A stretch of 64,000 nucleotides of DNA, from assembly GCA_963514005.1 (NCBI GenBank), contig OY740809.1, positions 32,488,001-32,552,000 on the forward strand. Direction: 5' to 3'. Under the pieces are notes generated by a model. It was not told the DNA's origin and searched no databases. It worked only from the letters and a program-made list of their open reading frames with translations. Both the position numbers and the translations under genes were made by a program. The DNA comes from Raja brachyura. Taxonomy: Eukaryota. The stretch's first letter is position 1. The number at the start of each line of letters is the position of its first letter. Shown here in pieces: positions 42,321-55,414 of the stretch.

Positions 42321-43954
42321 ACATGACTACTTTCATTTACATGACATTGCTGTGTCGTGAACATTATGGTGCCCTGAAATGGGGGGGAGTATATAAACCC
42401 TGCTGTAAGTTCTACATGGTGAAACCAAAATGTATAAAAATGGCCTTTATTAAAATCTGACAATGTGCACTTTAACCACATGTGATATTTTCTATTACAA
42501 ATCTCAAATTGTGGAGTACACAGGCACATAAATAAATGATGGGTCTTTGTCCCAAACATTATGGAGGGCACTGTAGTTGCCCACCTGTTAATTAGACTTG
42601 ACAAGATCCCACATGGATGGTTGGTCCAGAAAGCACATGTTGGCTAACCAGATCCAGAAATTAGCTTGGTGAAAGGAGGCAGAGGGTCGAGATGGACGTT
42701 TGCTTTTTATGATTGAAAAACTGCGACCAGTGGTGTACAAAAGGAATGAATGGGGTTAGAGAGGTTTTGAGTAGTAACTTTGTGGTTGCCACAAAAATTG
42801 TCGTCATGGATAGCGAGGAGTATTGTCTGATCCCACTGTGGGATATAGTTCGGATGGAAAGTTGCCTGGAGCATCGGCAGGTGGAATTTAACACTGAGAA
42901 CTGCATTTTGGACAGCCCCCTAATGAAGGGACACTGAGTAAATGTCGATGTACAGGAACGCTTTGGGTTTATGCATAGTTTTAATACAGTACATAATGGC
43001 AACATGTGTAGATACTGGCGAAGAAGATCTGCAACTCGCTTGAATATGTTAGTTGGAACAAAGAATATAAAAGTAGGGAATTAATTTTGTGACTTTGCCA
43101 AATGCTGGATAGGTGCGTGAGGAGTATTGTGTGCAGTTCTGGTCACCCCATGATCGGAAGGACTTTGCTTCAATTGGAGAACTTCAATTATGGGGAGAGA
43201 TTGGATAACGGGATTAGTGTAGATGAGCAAAACGGTTGGCATGGACTTGGTAGACCAAAGGGTCAGCTTCTGTATTAAATGGCTCTGGCTCAAAATCGTA
43301 GTTACTGTGAACCTTAAAACTGTGGATCTGAAAGTTATTAATGAGGCCAAGTGCATGTTAACCAAAGTTAAAGGGTTTCAAGTGAGTTTGAAGAATATAC
43401 TTTATATTGACTAAATTAATTTCCGGTAAACATTTGGAGGACCTATTGTTACTATGGTAGTTTAATAAATTTAAAAAACTCCTCAAACGGTAATATAAAG
43501 GGGGTTGATCAGTGAAAATCCTTGCTGCTTCTGTCCCTGGGGTTGGTGTGGATAGCATATGGCATTGAGAAACCGCCTGAGGATAATTTCAAGTTTACTC
43601 TCTCCATGGACTTGGGTGATCTTGTGTCATTGTGACTGGGGAACAAGGTTATTGCTCCGAAGGTAGACACAAATTGCTGGAGTAACTCGGCGGGATAGGC
43701 ACTATCTCTGGAGAGAAGGAATGGGTGATGTTTCGGGTCGAAACCCTTCTTCAGACTGATTTTTGTTCCCATGCATAACAAGACTTTCCAGATTCCCATT
43801 ACTCTTGTACCGCTGGTGAAAAGTTACTATTTCAACACTACATTTTGTGGCAAGCCTTTCAGAGGAGGGCATTTTCAAACTGACTACCCTGATTTTGGAA
43901 CCCAATTAGGTTTCCCCAGTTTCTTATCGAGGGTTAGTTTTTCATGTTTCTAGG

Positions 43955-44266
43955 ATGGCACGGTGCCGTAGTGGCAGAGCTAATGCCTTACAACGCCAGA
44001 GACCCGGGTTCAATCCTGACTACGGGAGCTTGACTGTACGGAGTTTGTACGTTCTCCCTGTGATCTGCGTGGGTTTTCTCTGAGATCTTCGGTTTCTCCC
44101 CACATTCCCATGACGTGCGGGTTTGTAGCTTAATTGGCTTGGTATAAATGTACAATAGTCCCAGGTGTGTGTAGGGTAATGCTAACAATGGGCGAGGATC
44201 GCTGGTCCGTGCGGACTTGGTGGGCCAAAGGGCCTCTGTTCGCGCTGTATCTCTAAACTAAACTAA
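43955..44266 (+). mobile_element. tRNA-derived SINE (HE1/V-SINE-like)
   Basis: A/B-box head (GGTTCAATCC), central GGAGTTTGTACGTTCTCCC domain, CR1-like tail ending (CTAAA)n. Confidence 0.8.
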
Positions 44267-44361
44267 ATAAGCAACATAGACAATTTGTGGACAAAGCATC
44301 AGCTAAACTGGTATTGGCATAAAAGTCTTGCATCGGAGTAAAATTCATTCATTCTGTTTAG

Positions 44362-44484
<123 letters not shown>

Positions 44485-45912
44485 TGAACCAGTCTCCGTA
44501 TGTATTGTGCACCTCTCCGATTTTTCTTCTCATAATTCTCATGACTGTGCTAAATGTGAAGCACTTGACCTGAAGAAACGATGGCAGACGGAATAAATTT
44601 CCAACTTTAAAGGAGTGCTTAACCTTGTTGGTAATTGTATGTAATTGGCAATTTAATGTACGGGCTTGAAAAGGGTTGACAGTAAATTGGAGGAAGTGTT
44701 TATTGGCTCAGATGACACAATGTTTCTTGGTAACCAAATATAATTGGGATCTAGGCTTCATTAATGTTACTTCATTGGTTTCTGGGTCCACTGGGTATCC
44801 ATAGAGATTTTGAGATATTTAATTTAAGCAATGGTGCTCAAGGCAGTGACGAATACAATGCATTTGGTTGGCTGGGTAAGTGAATTGTTGAAGAATTTAA
44901 AAATCTGCCTGTAACTTTTTGCTAGATACATGTTTCAACCGATACATTCACTATATTCCAACTATGATTACTGGTATGATAACTATGTTTAATTAGTCTG
45001 GCAAATGGTTTGAGAGGGAAACGGCTCCTGATACATAATTGTTGCCTCACTGTCAAGGCTGGCTTCTGAAACATAACTGTTGCCTCGCTCACTTACGGTT
45101 TGCAGCTTTTCCTTTTGAAGAATTTTCAGAATTAAATCATGTTGCCACCGTCAATTAGTTGTGTTGCAGTCCTTGAAATAGTAATTTAATCTCCCTGCGG
45201 TAGTACTGGGCAGTGGGAGGGAACTGGTGGTGCTGTGGTGCTTTATTCAATCGTTTTATACAACTTAATGGATTTCACACAAAAAAATCAGGGTCAGTGG
45301 GAGAAACCTTGAGTGTCTTGTCCAGTATTTTATGTGCACATGAAGCAATAGAATGCATTTTGTGAATTTTGAGAGTATGCTTCAAAAAAGACAAGTGTGA
45401 CACCACTTAACCTCTGCACCAAGATTATAAAGTCCTTTATGTTGTCAGTGAAGCATTGCACTCTACTATAAAGCATTCTGCGTTGAGGACATTTTGTGCA
45501 GTTATGTGATCTGGTTGGGTTGGGGTTGTTAAAGCTCACTGCAAAGAGTGGCTCTTCAGACTGACTTGCAGCACTTGATGCGTTTATCAACTGAAACAGC
45601 AGAAATTTAATTATCCTGTTACATTTTTTGTCATTATTGGTTGTAATACACTTTGTATCTAATAAGAATCGTGGAATAATAGCTGATTGCACATGCCATC
45701 ACAGTTGCTGTTTCACAAATCAAAAACAATGTAATTGCCATTGGAAGTAATACATTTAAGTAATAGTCAAACATGAATAACTAGTGTTGGGTGGGGATGT
45801 ATCATGCTGGCAATTTTAACCAGTTTTCTTTTTGCTACATTTTATGTATTTGCTAAAATTTGACCCTGAGTTTTTATGCAACAGTTTTTTATGTAACATT
45901 TTTTTTATGCTT

Positions 45913-47168
45913 CACCCATTCCTTCTCTCCAGAGATGCTGCCTGTCCCGCTGAGTTACCCCAGAATTTTGTGTATCTTCGAAAACAACCAGAGCATTTGG
46001 TTTTCCCCAAAAAAAGTGTAAGGGTGTTAGTCTGGCAATGATGACAAACTTGCCCTCACTGAGAACAGTGTTCAATAATGAAAACTCTGTACTCGAACCT
46101 GAGCCAGACTAAATATCTTGCTGATAAAATCTCAAATTCATTATTATTACCCTTGTTAACACTTCATTAGAAATTTCTCTTTGTTGGAGATGAGGTAGAA
46201 GTGGATGGTAGTTAACGGAGGGAGGGGAAGATAGAATCGATCGGCATTTCAAAAATTTGGGAAAGAAAAATGCTTTATATAGACACTGGAAACTTGCAAG
46301 TTTATCTAATTTAAATTTATGAAACTTGAGGGATTCAGGGATTTCCTTATTCAATTTCAGTCCTCTTTAAAAAGCCTGTAAATGCCTCGAATTCTGTAAT
46401 TTAACTGCAAAATACTCGGTGGTTAACACAGACACAAGAGACAACATGTACTAGAATCCTGGGCAAACAATGCTGGAGGAATCCAGCAGAGCCGGCAGCA
46501 TCTGGGGAGGAAATAGATGGGCGGCATTTTGGGCAGAGACCCTTCCAACTGATTTCAGACCAGTCTGAAGAAGGATCTCGATCTGTTGCCTGTCCATTCC
46601 CTCCCCTACATTCAATGGTTATTGTAGGTTAACAGCATGTAGCAGGGCTAGTCACGTTTGGTTTTGCACCCTGGGATGAAAAAGACGCAACATGATTGTC
46701 AAAGCAAGGTTGCTTTCTTCAATAAGTAATTAACAAGAAGGCTTTTTTCACATTACACATTTGAGATCAGATCACCTTAAAGAGAATTTAATTCATACTT
46801 GTGAATTGTGTCCATGATAACTTTGCCGGTGTAAATTATGATGCAGTATTGACTTTTAGAAACATGTCCTAACGTACAAAGTTCACTTGATGTAATCCTA
46901 TTTCTGGCTTCAGCAAGAGGCTCCAACTCAAACTAAACGCACTTGTGGTTTAGTAAAACTTTGGCACAGATGCTATGTTTTGAGGGGGGGAAAGAAAGGA
47001 TATACAGACATGAAAGCTAACTCTGAGCGTACAAGTTTTCTAGCAAGCCGATTGTATAAATACATTGGCTGAAATGTTTAAAGCGGGTTTGTGATATTTG
47101 TCACTCAATTTAATGCAAATGCCAATGACGTGGTCATTGAATGCCTGTTTATTGTATATGGTCCTACA
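45913..47168 (+). repeat. Intragenic duplication of intron 9 (about 48771-50001) inserted in intron 8
   Basis: Collinear near-identical sequence by eye, flanked by a 78-bp direct repeat (45835-45912 / 47164-47241). Confidence 0.92.
46031..46108 (+). ncRNA. SNORD103: C/D box snoRNA, SNORD103/SNORD85 family, copy in intron 8
   Basis: C box ATGATGA 46038-44; guide ACTTGCCCTC (complement of 18S rRNA GAGGGCAAGT); D' CTGA 46059-62; D CTGA 46099-102; 10-bp terminal stem TTAGTCTGGC/GCCAGACTAA. PUM1 is the known vertebrate host of this family. Confidence 0.9.
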
Positions 47169-47445
47169 TTTTATGTATTTGCTAAAATTTAACCTTTAGT
47201 TTTTATGCAACATTTTTTTATGTAACTTTTTTTTTATGCTTGTGAATATAAACCTTCAACAGAAGACCGTCATTTACTGAAGAAGTCTTTGTTGTATCGT
47301 TACTTAACACTGGTGGTGTCTAATTCTTTGCATTCTAAAGGCCATTGATTTGTGTATTAAAAGTCCATGTAATTTACTGAATAATCACAAATCAGAAATG
47401 AAGGTATTAATGAATAGCCGCAATTGATGTTTTAAACTAGATTGA

Positions 47446-47664
<219 letters not shown>

Positions 47665-48888
47665 TGAGTATTTGTTCCCCTACCATAGAAGGCATGGGCA
47701 AGGAATTAGTGCATGAGGAAGAAAGAAATACCATCTTAAAATCATTCTTCTGGGTGGAGAAAACAAGAGGGAGCTGTGTGAATGGCCTTATCTCGTTTGG
47801 GAATGCTATCTTGTTTACAGTTTTTCTTGACATTTGATTCGTATCCATTTAAAAGTCCAACCCACGCATTGTAGGGTGGGGGGGTAATTTTGTAATCACT
47901 CTGCAAACTGAATAGTTGGCGATTGAGCAGTGAATTCATAGCAAATGATGGGAGGGAGGAGAGAACATTCAAACGCATGTGGTTTTGACAACAAAGCAAG
48001 TCGTCTGAGACCTGCCATAAGAGCATTCTTGCCTGGAATAACAATTCTGACCCATATCGTGGATTTATTTTCCATGTTTAGGTTTATGTTTTCATTCGGG
48101 TTGCTCTTATGATTCCTCAATAGTTAAGGATCAAGATGATTGAAGGAGAATTAGTTCAACTTGCCTTTTCTCAGCAAGCAATTGCTTTCATCTGGTTTAT
48201 GACAGGTTATGAAAGGAAGGGTATATAATCCCAGTTCCCTAAAAGCGCATTTAGAGAATCCAGCATTAGATTAGTTGCATGATCTAGGAATTGTAACCCA
48301 GTAATTCTTAAACAAAGAGAGAAATGCTCAGCGATTTGTCAGCAGTGTTCTTGAGGTTTTTTTTTCATATCTATTCCTTATGTTAATATGTCGGCTGTAT
48401 TTAAAAATTGGCTTTCAGGCTCTTTTTGAATAGGGGCACCATAGAAATGTTGCATCCCAAAAATTCCCTTTGGCAGGAAGGATGCTTCCCAAAGGCGACT
48501 TAACACGAGGCCTTCAGGGATGATGTACAACCACTGTGTATTAACACAATGACAGGATGTGCCCCTATTCTGTCTTGATTTGTAGATGTTTGTTGTATTT
48601 GTGACAAACGTGGATGAACTGCTGATGTCCTTTTCAACAGGTTTTGTGGGATGAATTTCTAAGGCCTCATCCAGCCAAAACACCCAAGTTTCAAATGTAG
48701 CAAAACCAGATTCACAGGCACACAATTTGTTCCAAGTAAAACAACCAGAGAGGGTCTCGACCCGAAACGTCACCCATTCCTTCTCTCCAGAGATGCTGCC
48801 TGTCCCGCTGAGTTACCCCAGAATTTTGTGTATCTTCGAAAACAACCAGAGCATTTGGTTTTCCCCCCAAAAAGTGTAAGGGTGTTAG

Positions 48889-48966
48889 TCTGGCAATGAT
48901 GACAAACTTGCCCTCACTGAGAACAGTGTTCAATAATGAAAACTCTGTACTCGAACCTGAGCCAGA
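48889..48966 (+). ncRNA. SNORD103: C/D box snoRNA, SNORD103/SNORD85 family, copy in intron 9
   Basis: Same sequence as the intron-8 copy; C box 48896-902, D box 48957-60, 10-bp terminal stem. Confidence 0.9.
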
Positions 48967-49993
48967 CTAAATATCTTGCTGATAAAATCTCAAATTCATT
49001 ATTATTACCCTTGTTAACACTTCATTAGAAATTTCTCTTTGTTGGAGATGAGGTAGAAGTGGATGGTAGTTAACGGAGGGAGGGGGAGATAGAATCAATC
49101 GGCATTTCAAAAATTTGGGAAAGAAAAATGCTTTATATAGACACTGGAAACTTGTAAGTTTATCTAATTTAAATTTATGAAACTTGAGGGATTCAGGGAT
49201 TTCCTTATTCAATTTCACGTCTTTAAAAAGCCTGTAAATGCCTCGAATTCTGCAATTTAACTGCAAAATACTCAGTGGTTAACAAAGACACAAGAGACAA
49301 CATGTACTAGAATCCTTGGCAAACAATGCTGGAGGAATCCAGCAGAGCCGGCAGCATCTGGGGAGGAAATAGATGGGTGGCATTTTGGGCAGAGACCCTT
49401 CCAGCTGATTTCAGACCAGTCTGAAGAAGGATCTCGATCTGTTGCCTGACCATTCCCTCCCATACATTCAATGGTTACTGTAGGTTAACAACATGTAGCA
49501 GGGCTAGTAATGTTTGGTTTCGCACCCTGGGAAAGCAAGGTTGCTTTCTTCAATAAGTAATTAACAAGAAGGCTTTTTCTCATCACACAACGGAGATCAG
49601 ATTACCTTAACAATAATTTAATTCATACTTGTGAATTGTGTCTATGATAAGTTTGCCGGTGTAAATTATGATGCAGTATTGACTTTTAGAAACATGTCCT
49701 AATGTACAAAGTTCACCTGATGTAATCCTGTTTCTGGCTTCAGCAAGAGGCTCCAACTCAAACTAAACGTACTTGTGGTTTGAGTAAAACTTTGGCACAG
49801 ATGCTATGTTTTGAGGGGGGGGGGAGAAAGAATATACAGACATGAAAGCTAACTCTTTGAGTGTACAAGTTTTCTATCCAGCCTATTGTATAAATACATT
49901 GGCTGAAATGTTTTAAAGCAGGTTTGTGATATTTTTCACTCCATTTAATGTAAATGGTCAACGTGGTCATTGAATGCCTGTTTATTGTATTAG

Positions 49994-50139
49994 GCCCTAC
50001 AGTGGTTCCACCTCAGTACTACGGTGTTCCGTGGGGTGTTTACCCAGCGAATCTCTTCCAGCAACAAGCTGCAGCAGCTGCTGCGAACAACTCAGCAAAC
50101 CAACAGGCTGCATCACAGGCACAGCAGGGGCAGCAACAG
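49994..50139 (+). CDS. PUM1: PUM1 exon 10 ([25 protein letters not shown]...QQGQQQ)
   Basis: gtattAG|GC...CAG|GCAAGT (GC donor); 146 nt, phase 1-0. Confidence 0.93.
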
Positions 50140-52413
50140 GCAAGTCACTCATTTACTTCCTAGCTTGTTGTAAGAAAACATGAACAGCAAACTGGGGAAA
50201 TGGAGCAGATTTTGGAGCAGCTTTTGTCCAGCGTTAGAATCTCTCACAATACTGTCCCCTTCAAGTTGTGTTATTTTGCTTTCCAATGACGTTGATCAGA
50301 TGCAAGGTAAAAACAGTTAAGCAGTTACTGGCGAGCCATTGCTGAGACCTTTAAAACTAATGTACAACTTCTGTCTGATCAGCAAAGTATCTTAACACTG
50401 GAGCTGCAGTGCTAGTTTATAAACATCAGTTTGACAATGGTGCATGAGAAGCAAGTATTAATTTATAAGAATTTTGATTCTTTATTCAAAGACCTCACCC
50501 TGACTTTAATATATCAGTGCTGCACAGGAATCTACTGGGTGGTGACCCTGGGATTATTTTGGATGTCTATTTGTTTCCCCATGGCGTTCTTCCTTCATCC
50601 AGAATAGCTGCGGCTTCTGAACAAACGCACCAGTTTGGTCATTATCCTTAACTAAACGGCTGTGTTTCACCTTGTAAGCTCTAGTCAACGAAAGACAAAC
50701 TTGTCCTAGTTCCAGTACATCAGTTCGTGCCAGGCATGTGAGAATGCAAGAAATAGCAGTACGAGTAAGACATTTAATTTGTTGCACCTCCTTCACCTTT
50801 CACTAAGTTCATGGCTGACATTTTGCTTCATGGCCACTCCTGTGTTAATGCCTAAAATAGCCTAAATCCCTTGATACCTAATAAAACCAGTTTTCTTGGA
50901 ACATACTCAAATCTGAACCTCCACATACCTCTTGGGTAGTCATTCATCAACCCCTGTGTAAAGGCATTTCTTCTCACCTGAATGGCCAACTTCTTACTTT
51001 GAGACTCTGAATCCCAGGTTCTAGATATGCCAGGCAAGGTAAACTTTATTTCCACATCTATCCTCACAACCCTTTTCTAAGTAATACAAGTTTAAATGAG
51101 GGTGCCTTCCATTCTTGTAAACTTGAAGTTTTGCTTGATCTGCATATCCTTTCCCAAATGTGATTTAAACTTTCATGTGCAACCTTCAAGTTTTGGATCT
51201 AGAAATGAAGGACCTACAAGTCAGGGTGGACTATGAATTGGAGGGGGATGTAAAGGTTTAGTTGTTGCCTTATGCTCTTCCTCCCCGGTCGCAGATTTAG
51301 AGATGCTGTTGAAATAGGCTGGATGAATAATTGCATTGCACTTTGTAGATGGTACATAATGTGTGCAGGTGGTTGAGAGAATTAATGTTCAGTCTGAGAT
51401 GCAAATCATGCAGCTAATTTTCCTAAGTTGTTGGATTCAGGCAAGTTGGCAATATTCCATCACAATCCTGACATGTGCTTGTAGATGATATAAAGACCCT
51501 TGTGTGTCAGGCAGGTCGCCCATCGCAGGATATTCAGAAGCACCCCTGCTTCCATAGCCACAATATTTAAGTTTCTAACCAGTGGTGACCCCAAAATGTT
51601 ATTGGTGGAGAACTTGGCAATGTCAATGAATGTCCAGGGTTATGGTGAGCAATCCACAGTGTACAGATACATGATAAAGGCAATAACGTTTATTGCGAGG
51701 TGTAACGGCAAATTTCCAATTCTACCAGTGTCCACGTTCCTTTGCCATTACTACACAGGTACGTAGGAGTGATCTTACGCAGTCCAAAAAGAACAGATCT
51801 TCCAGTCGTCATTTCAAGTTTAAGTGGTTCTTTATTGAAGTAGTTGTACAAACAAAGAGATTAACGTGCCAGGTTCTCCTTTTTTTCCATCTGGTGAGAA
51901 CTGTATACTCTCCACCCCTGTGGCGGGTCTGATCACTCCCTGTCCACTAAGCCCATATGAATACGACCCTCTGCGCATCTAATGACCGCCCTCAAGTGTC
52001 CAAAACAATACTGCAAAATATATCTAGACAAAATAATATAATATGCCAACAGTAGCTTGCCTAAACATAAATGGCTCCTACACTAGGTGAAGTCCGATTT
52101 AAAGATAGTCCATATGTCTCCAGTGCAGTAGATGGGTCTCCAATGAGGAAGATAGTAGCTCAGGGCCGCTCTCTAGTCCTGAGAATGGTTCAGTTACCCG
52201 ATGCATACCGCCCATGCTTGAATATTTTTGCTGTCTGCAGACACTGTTTTGTTTAGTGAATTGTGAACGGATTGAATACTTCTGCAATCCTCGGAGATCA
52301 TCGCAAATTTCATTTTATGATGTTCTGCATCCTATTTTCAGATTTTTATTTAATATAAATTAAAATAACAATTGCCATTTGATGATCCAATGATTCCCAT
52401 CTGTTTTATCCAG

Positions 52414-52552
52414 GTTCTGCGCGCTGGAGCCAATCAGCGGCCCCTGACCCCAAATCAGAGTCAACAAGGCCAACAAGCAGATAGCCTGGCAGCAGCTGCA
52501 GCTGTCAACTCAGCTTTAGCTTTTAGCCAAGGACTGGCTACCGGAATGCCAG
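52414..52552 (+). CDS. PUM1: PUM1 exon 11 ([15 protein letters not shown]...GLATGMP)
   Basis: atccAG|GTT...CCAG|GTAAAT; 139 nt, phase 0-1. Confidence 0.95.
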
Positions 52553-53113
52553 GTAAATCTACAGTTCATTCTGTGCAGCAGAGGCGCGCTTTATTTGGGG
52601 GTGGTGGTCAAAATGTTTTACAAAAAGAGACACTGTGGAAAAAGTAAACTAATAGCAGTTTCAGTGTGCCAGGCATAGTTGAATTATCACGCAAATTATC
52701 TGCTATAAATTTCTGACGGATACAAAGCTAATTCTGCTACGTGATTAAGTTGCAACTAGTCGTTAGTAGATTAAAGCAATTTTAAGCGAAGGAAATCTGA
52801 ATGTCTATACTTTGAATCCTGCAATTTCTGCTCAACTTGCAGAGACCAGTTGGGATTGAGTTCCACGTGCAATGTGTCTGGTTACTGATGGATGTGTTAT
52901 CACAGCTGCAGTGGAGAATCGGATAGGAAGCGCGGTTCTAATTTATACTCTTCACTCTACTGCAATCCTCGATCATTACGCTGTAAGCTGGAGTCTAGCT
53001 CCAATTGCAAGGCTCAATGTTGTTCAATACATTTTAAAGACAAGCTTTTCTTTCTAATTGGAATGTCGAAATGCTTATTGGAAGTGCCATTTATTTTTTG
53101 TTTTTAAAACATG

Positions 53114-53193
53114 TCTGGCAATGATGACACACTTGCCCTCACTGAGAATATTATTCGGTGATGAGAGCTTTTCTTGTACTCTACCTGAGCCAG
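53114..53193 (+). ncRNA. SNORD103: C/D box snoRNA, SNORD103/SNORD85 family, divergent copy in intron 11
   Basis: C ATGATGA 53121-27, same ACTTGCCCTC guide, D' 53142-45, canonical C' GTGATGA 53158-64, D 53185-88, stem CTGGC/GCCAG; flanks are unrelated to the other copies. Confidence 0.9.
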
Positions 53194-53404
53194 CCATTGT
53201 TTACATTGTTACGGACCTAAGCTGTAATTTGCTTAAAACACAGCCAGTTTTTTAATGTTATAATAGTTGTCCGTGTTTTAGTCTGTATTCGTGCACTAAT
53301 AATGTGTTTAAGGAAGAGGTGATTTCCAGATGAGTTGAAAACACAAATTCATTTTGCAATTACTAAACGTAGCCAAATATAACAAAGTACTTTGTAGACT
53401 TAAT

Positions 53405-53630
53405 GTTGTAGGGAGGAACTGCAGATACTGGTTTAAACCAAAGATAGATGCAAAATGCTGGAGTAACTCTGCGGGACAGGCAGCATCTCTGGATAGATGG
53501 AATGGGTGATGTTTTGGTTCGAGACCCTCCTTCAGACTGAAAAGGGGTCTCGACCCGAAACGTCACCTATTCTTTCTATCCAAAGATGTTGCCCGTCGTG
53601 CTGAGTTACTCCAGCATTTTGTGCCTATCT
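53405..53630. mobile_element. Fold-back Penelope-derived repeat
   Basis: Inverted pair of the same repeat; 17-bp duplication TACTTTGTAGACTTAAT. Confidence 0.8.
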
Positions 53631-54084
53631 TACTTTGTAGACTTAATCAAAATAGGAGCAGCGTGTGAGAGATGTTAGAAGAGAGTGGCCAGTAATGTTA
53701 TATTTTACAGCAGTGTATATCCTGGGGTAGCAGTGGAGCTTCAAAGTAAGTTAAACGCCGAAAGAAATGAATGCCGGCCGGTCTGGAGGAAAGGATTGCA
53801 CTGCAGACTAGAATTAATGAATTGCAACACTGGGACTTGTGGATAAGGTGTGAGCGGTGGGAGGGGTAATGCGAAGAGAGAATTCGTACACTATTTAAAG
53901 ATGCCTGCGGCTCTATCCCCCTGATTGCACTTCGGTAAATACTTGGTTGTGTTTTTACTCCCTGCATACAAGCAAAAACTGAAGCGGTAGGATCTGCTCC
54001 TCCCCGCGTCCTTGGGACTAACTGGCAGACCCATTCACAGACATATTTAACCTCTTCATCACTCCATTCTGAAGTCGCTTCGAC

Positions 54085-54520
54085 CACTATCATCCCAATA
54101 TCAAAGAAAAGTAAGACTGCTTAGCTTAATGACTACCTTTCACACTGCGTCAGGACAGCAGCCGACTCGATCAAGGATTCTTCCCACCCTGGCCATTCCT
54201 GATCCCTGTCTGACAGATATACAGAAGCTTGAAAGCATGTACCTCCAGACTCGAACAGCTTCTCTATCAAACGCCCAAACTGTTCTCCTGTAAACTAGGA
54301 TACAGTGCTGATTCTCCAACCGGCCTCTTTGGACATTGAACCTTTTCTCTGGAACTGGTTTCCTGCAATGTTGAGACCTACATCCTGCACTCCAATACCT
54401 TTCTCTGTTCTACCTTGTACACCCATGTTTGGCTTGATTGTGTTTATGTAGTGTATTTTCTGATTTGATTGACTAGCACACAAACAGAAGCATGACACTA
54501 TACCTAGGTAATCATCTTAA
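54085..54520 (+). mobile_element. Internally deleted Rex1/Babar-like LINE remnant
   Basis: TIIPISKKSK...LNDY RT-start motif joined directly to an ATCAAGGAT...CCCACCCTGGCCAT 3' segment. Confidence 0.5.
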
Positions 54521-54939
54521 ATCTAAATGTCAGAACTGGGAGCACGTCTTATGAAGAAGCATTGTCAGAGAACTGGTTAACAAGCGAGTAGATTTGGTGG
54601 ACCTTGAACAAGGACTACAAAGTTTTGAAGGAATTAACATACACTGAGGTCGGAAGGTGGAAGAAGCTTTGACAGGACAATATTGGAATAAGTACAGATG
54701 ATAAATGTTTGCAATTTTAAAAACTGGCTAGCACCCAACAAAAGCTTTTCACTGTACCTCTGTACATGTGACATTAAACTAAACCTATTCCTAGATAAGT
54801 ACATGCATAGGGATGGAAGTTGAGCTTGGAGTTGAATAGAATAAAATAATCCTTCTGTCGCTCTTCAATCCCCACGCCTATAGTCTGTGTTCATTTGAGA
54901 TTATGGATTTACAGTATGTAGCGCTGCATTCTCTAATAA

Positions 54940-55125
<186 letters not shown>

Positions 55126-55414
55126 TGAAAACGTGGATATAAACCGTTTACAAACCTACAATTGTTTATAAACCTACAATTTTCACTGCCTCTTAAAGTT
55201 GAACTGTTAGATCATTTCAGATGATACAATGTTTTTGCTGTCTGAACCATGAATTTGAAGATCCTGCAATATACATAAAATAATTACCTTGTTGGGTATT
55301 TCTACGGAGGGTACTTGCAGTGCCCTCCGTGTTTAAAAAAAAAAGACTAATTCAATGACGTTTTTGGATTGTTCGATTTACTGCCTCTTTTATTGTGTGT
55401 GGCTTTTGGGTCTG

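Larger units (their letters stand above)
40539..42573 (+). mobile_element. Tc1-family DNA transposon relic with long IR/DR-type TIRs and TA target duplication
   Basis: Ends TA|CtttGCCCTCCATAATG ... CATTATGGAGGGCACTG|TA; inner direct-repeat units CAGGGCACCATAATG; fragmented transposase with GRPRK, WTDE, VKHGGG, QQDNDPK and DLNPIE motifs. Confidence 0.93.

Noticed and set aside
43955-44030. tRNA gene
   Set aside because: A/B-box head runs straight into a SINE body and tail, and no proper cloverleaf is evident.
45913-47168. Retrotransposed excised-intron (lariat) origin of the duplicate, since it appears to end at the intron 9 3' end
   Set aside because: Similarity continues about 8 nt into exon 10 and rejoins through CTACA microhomology; there is no poly-A, and 78 bp is too long for a typical TPRT duplication.
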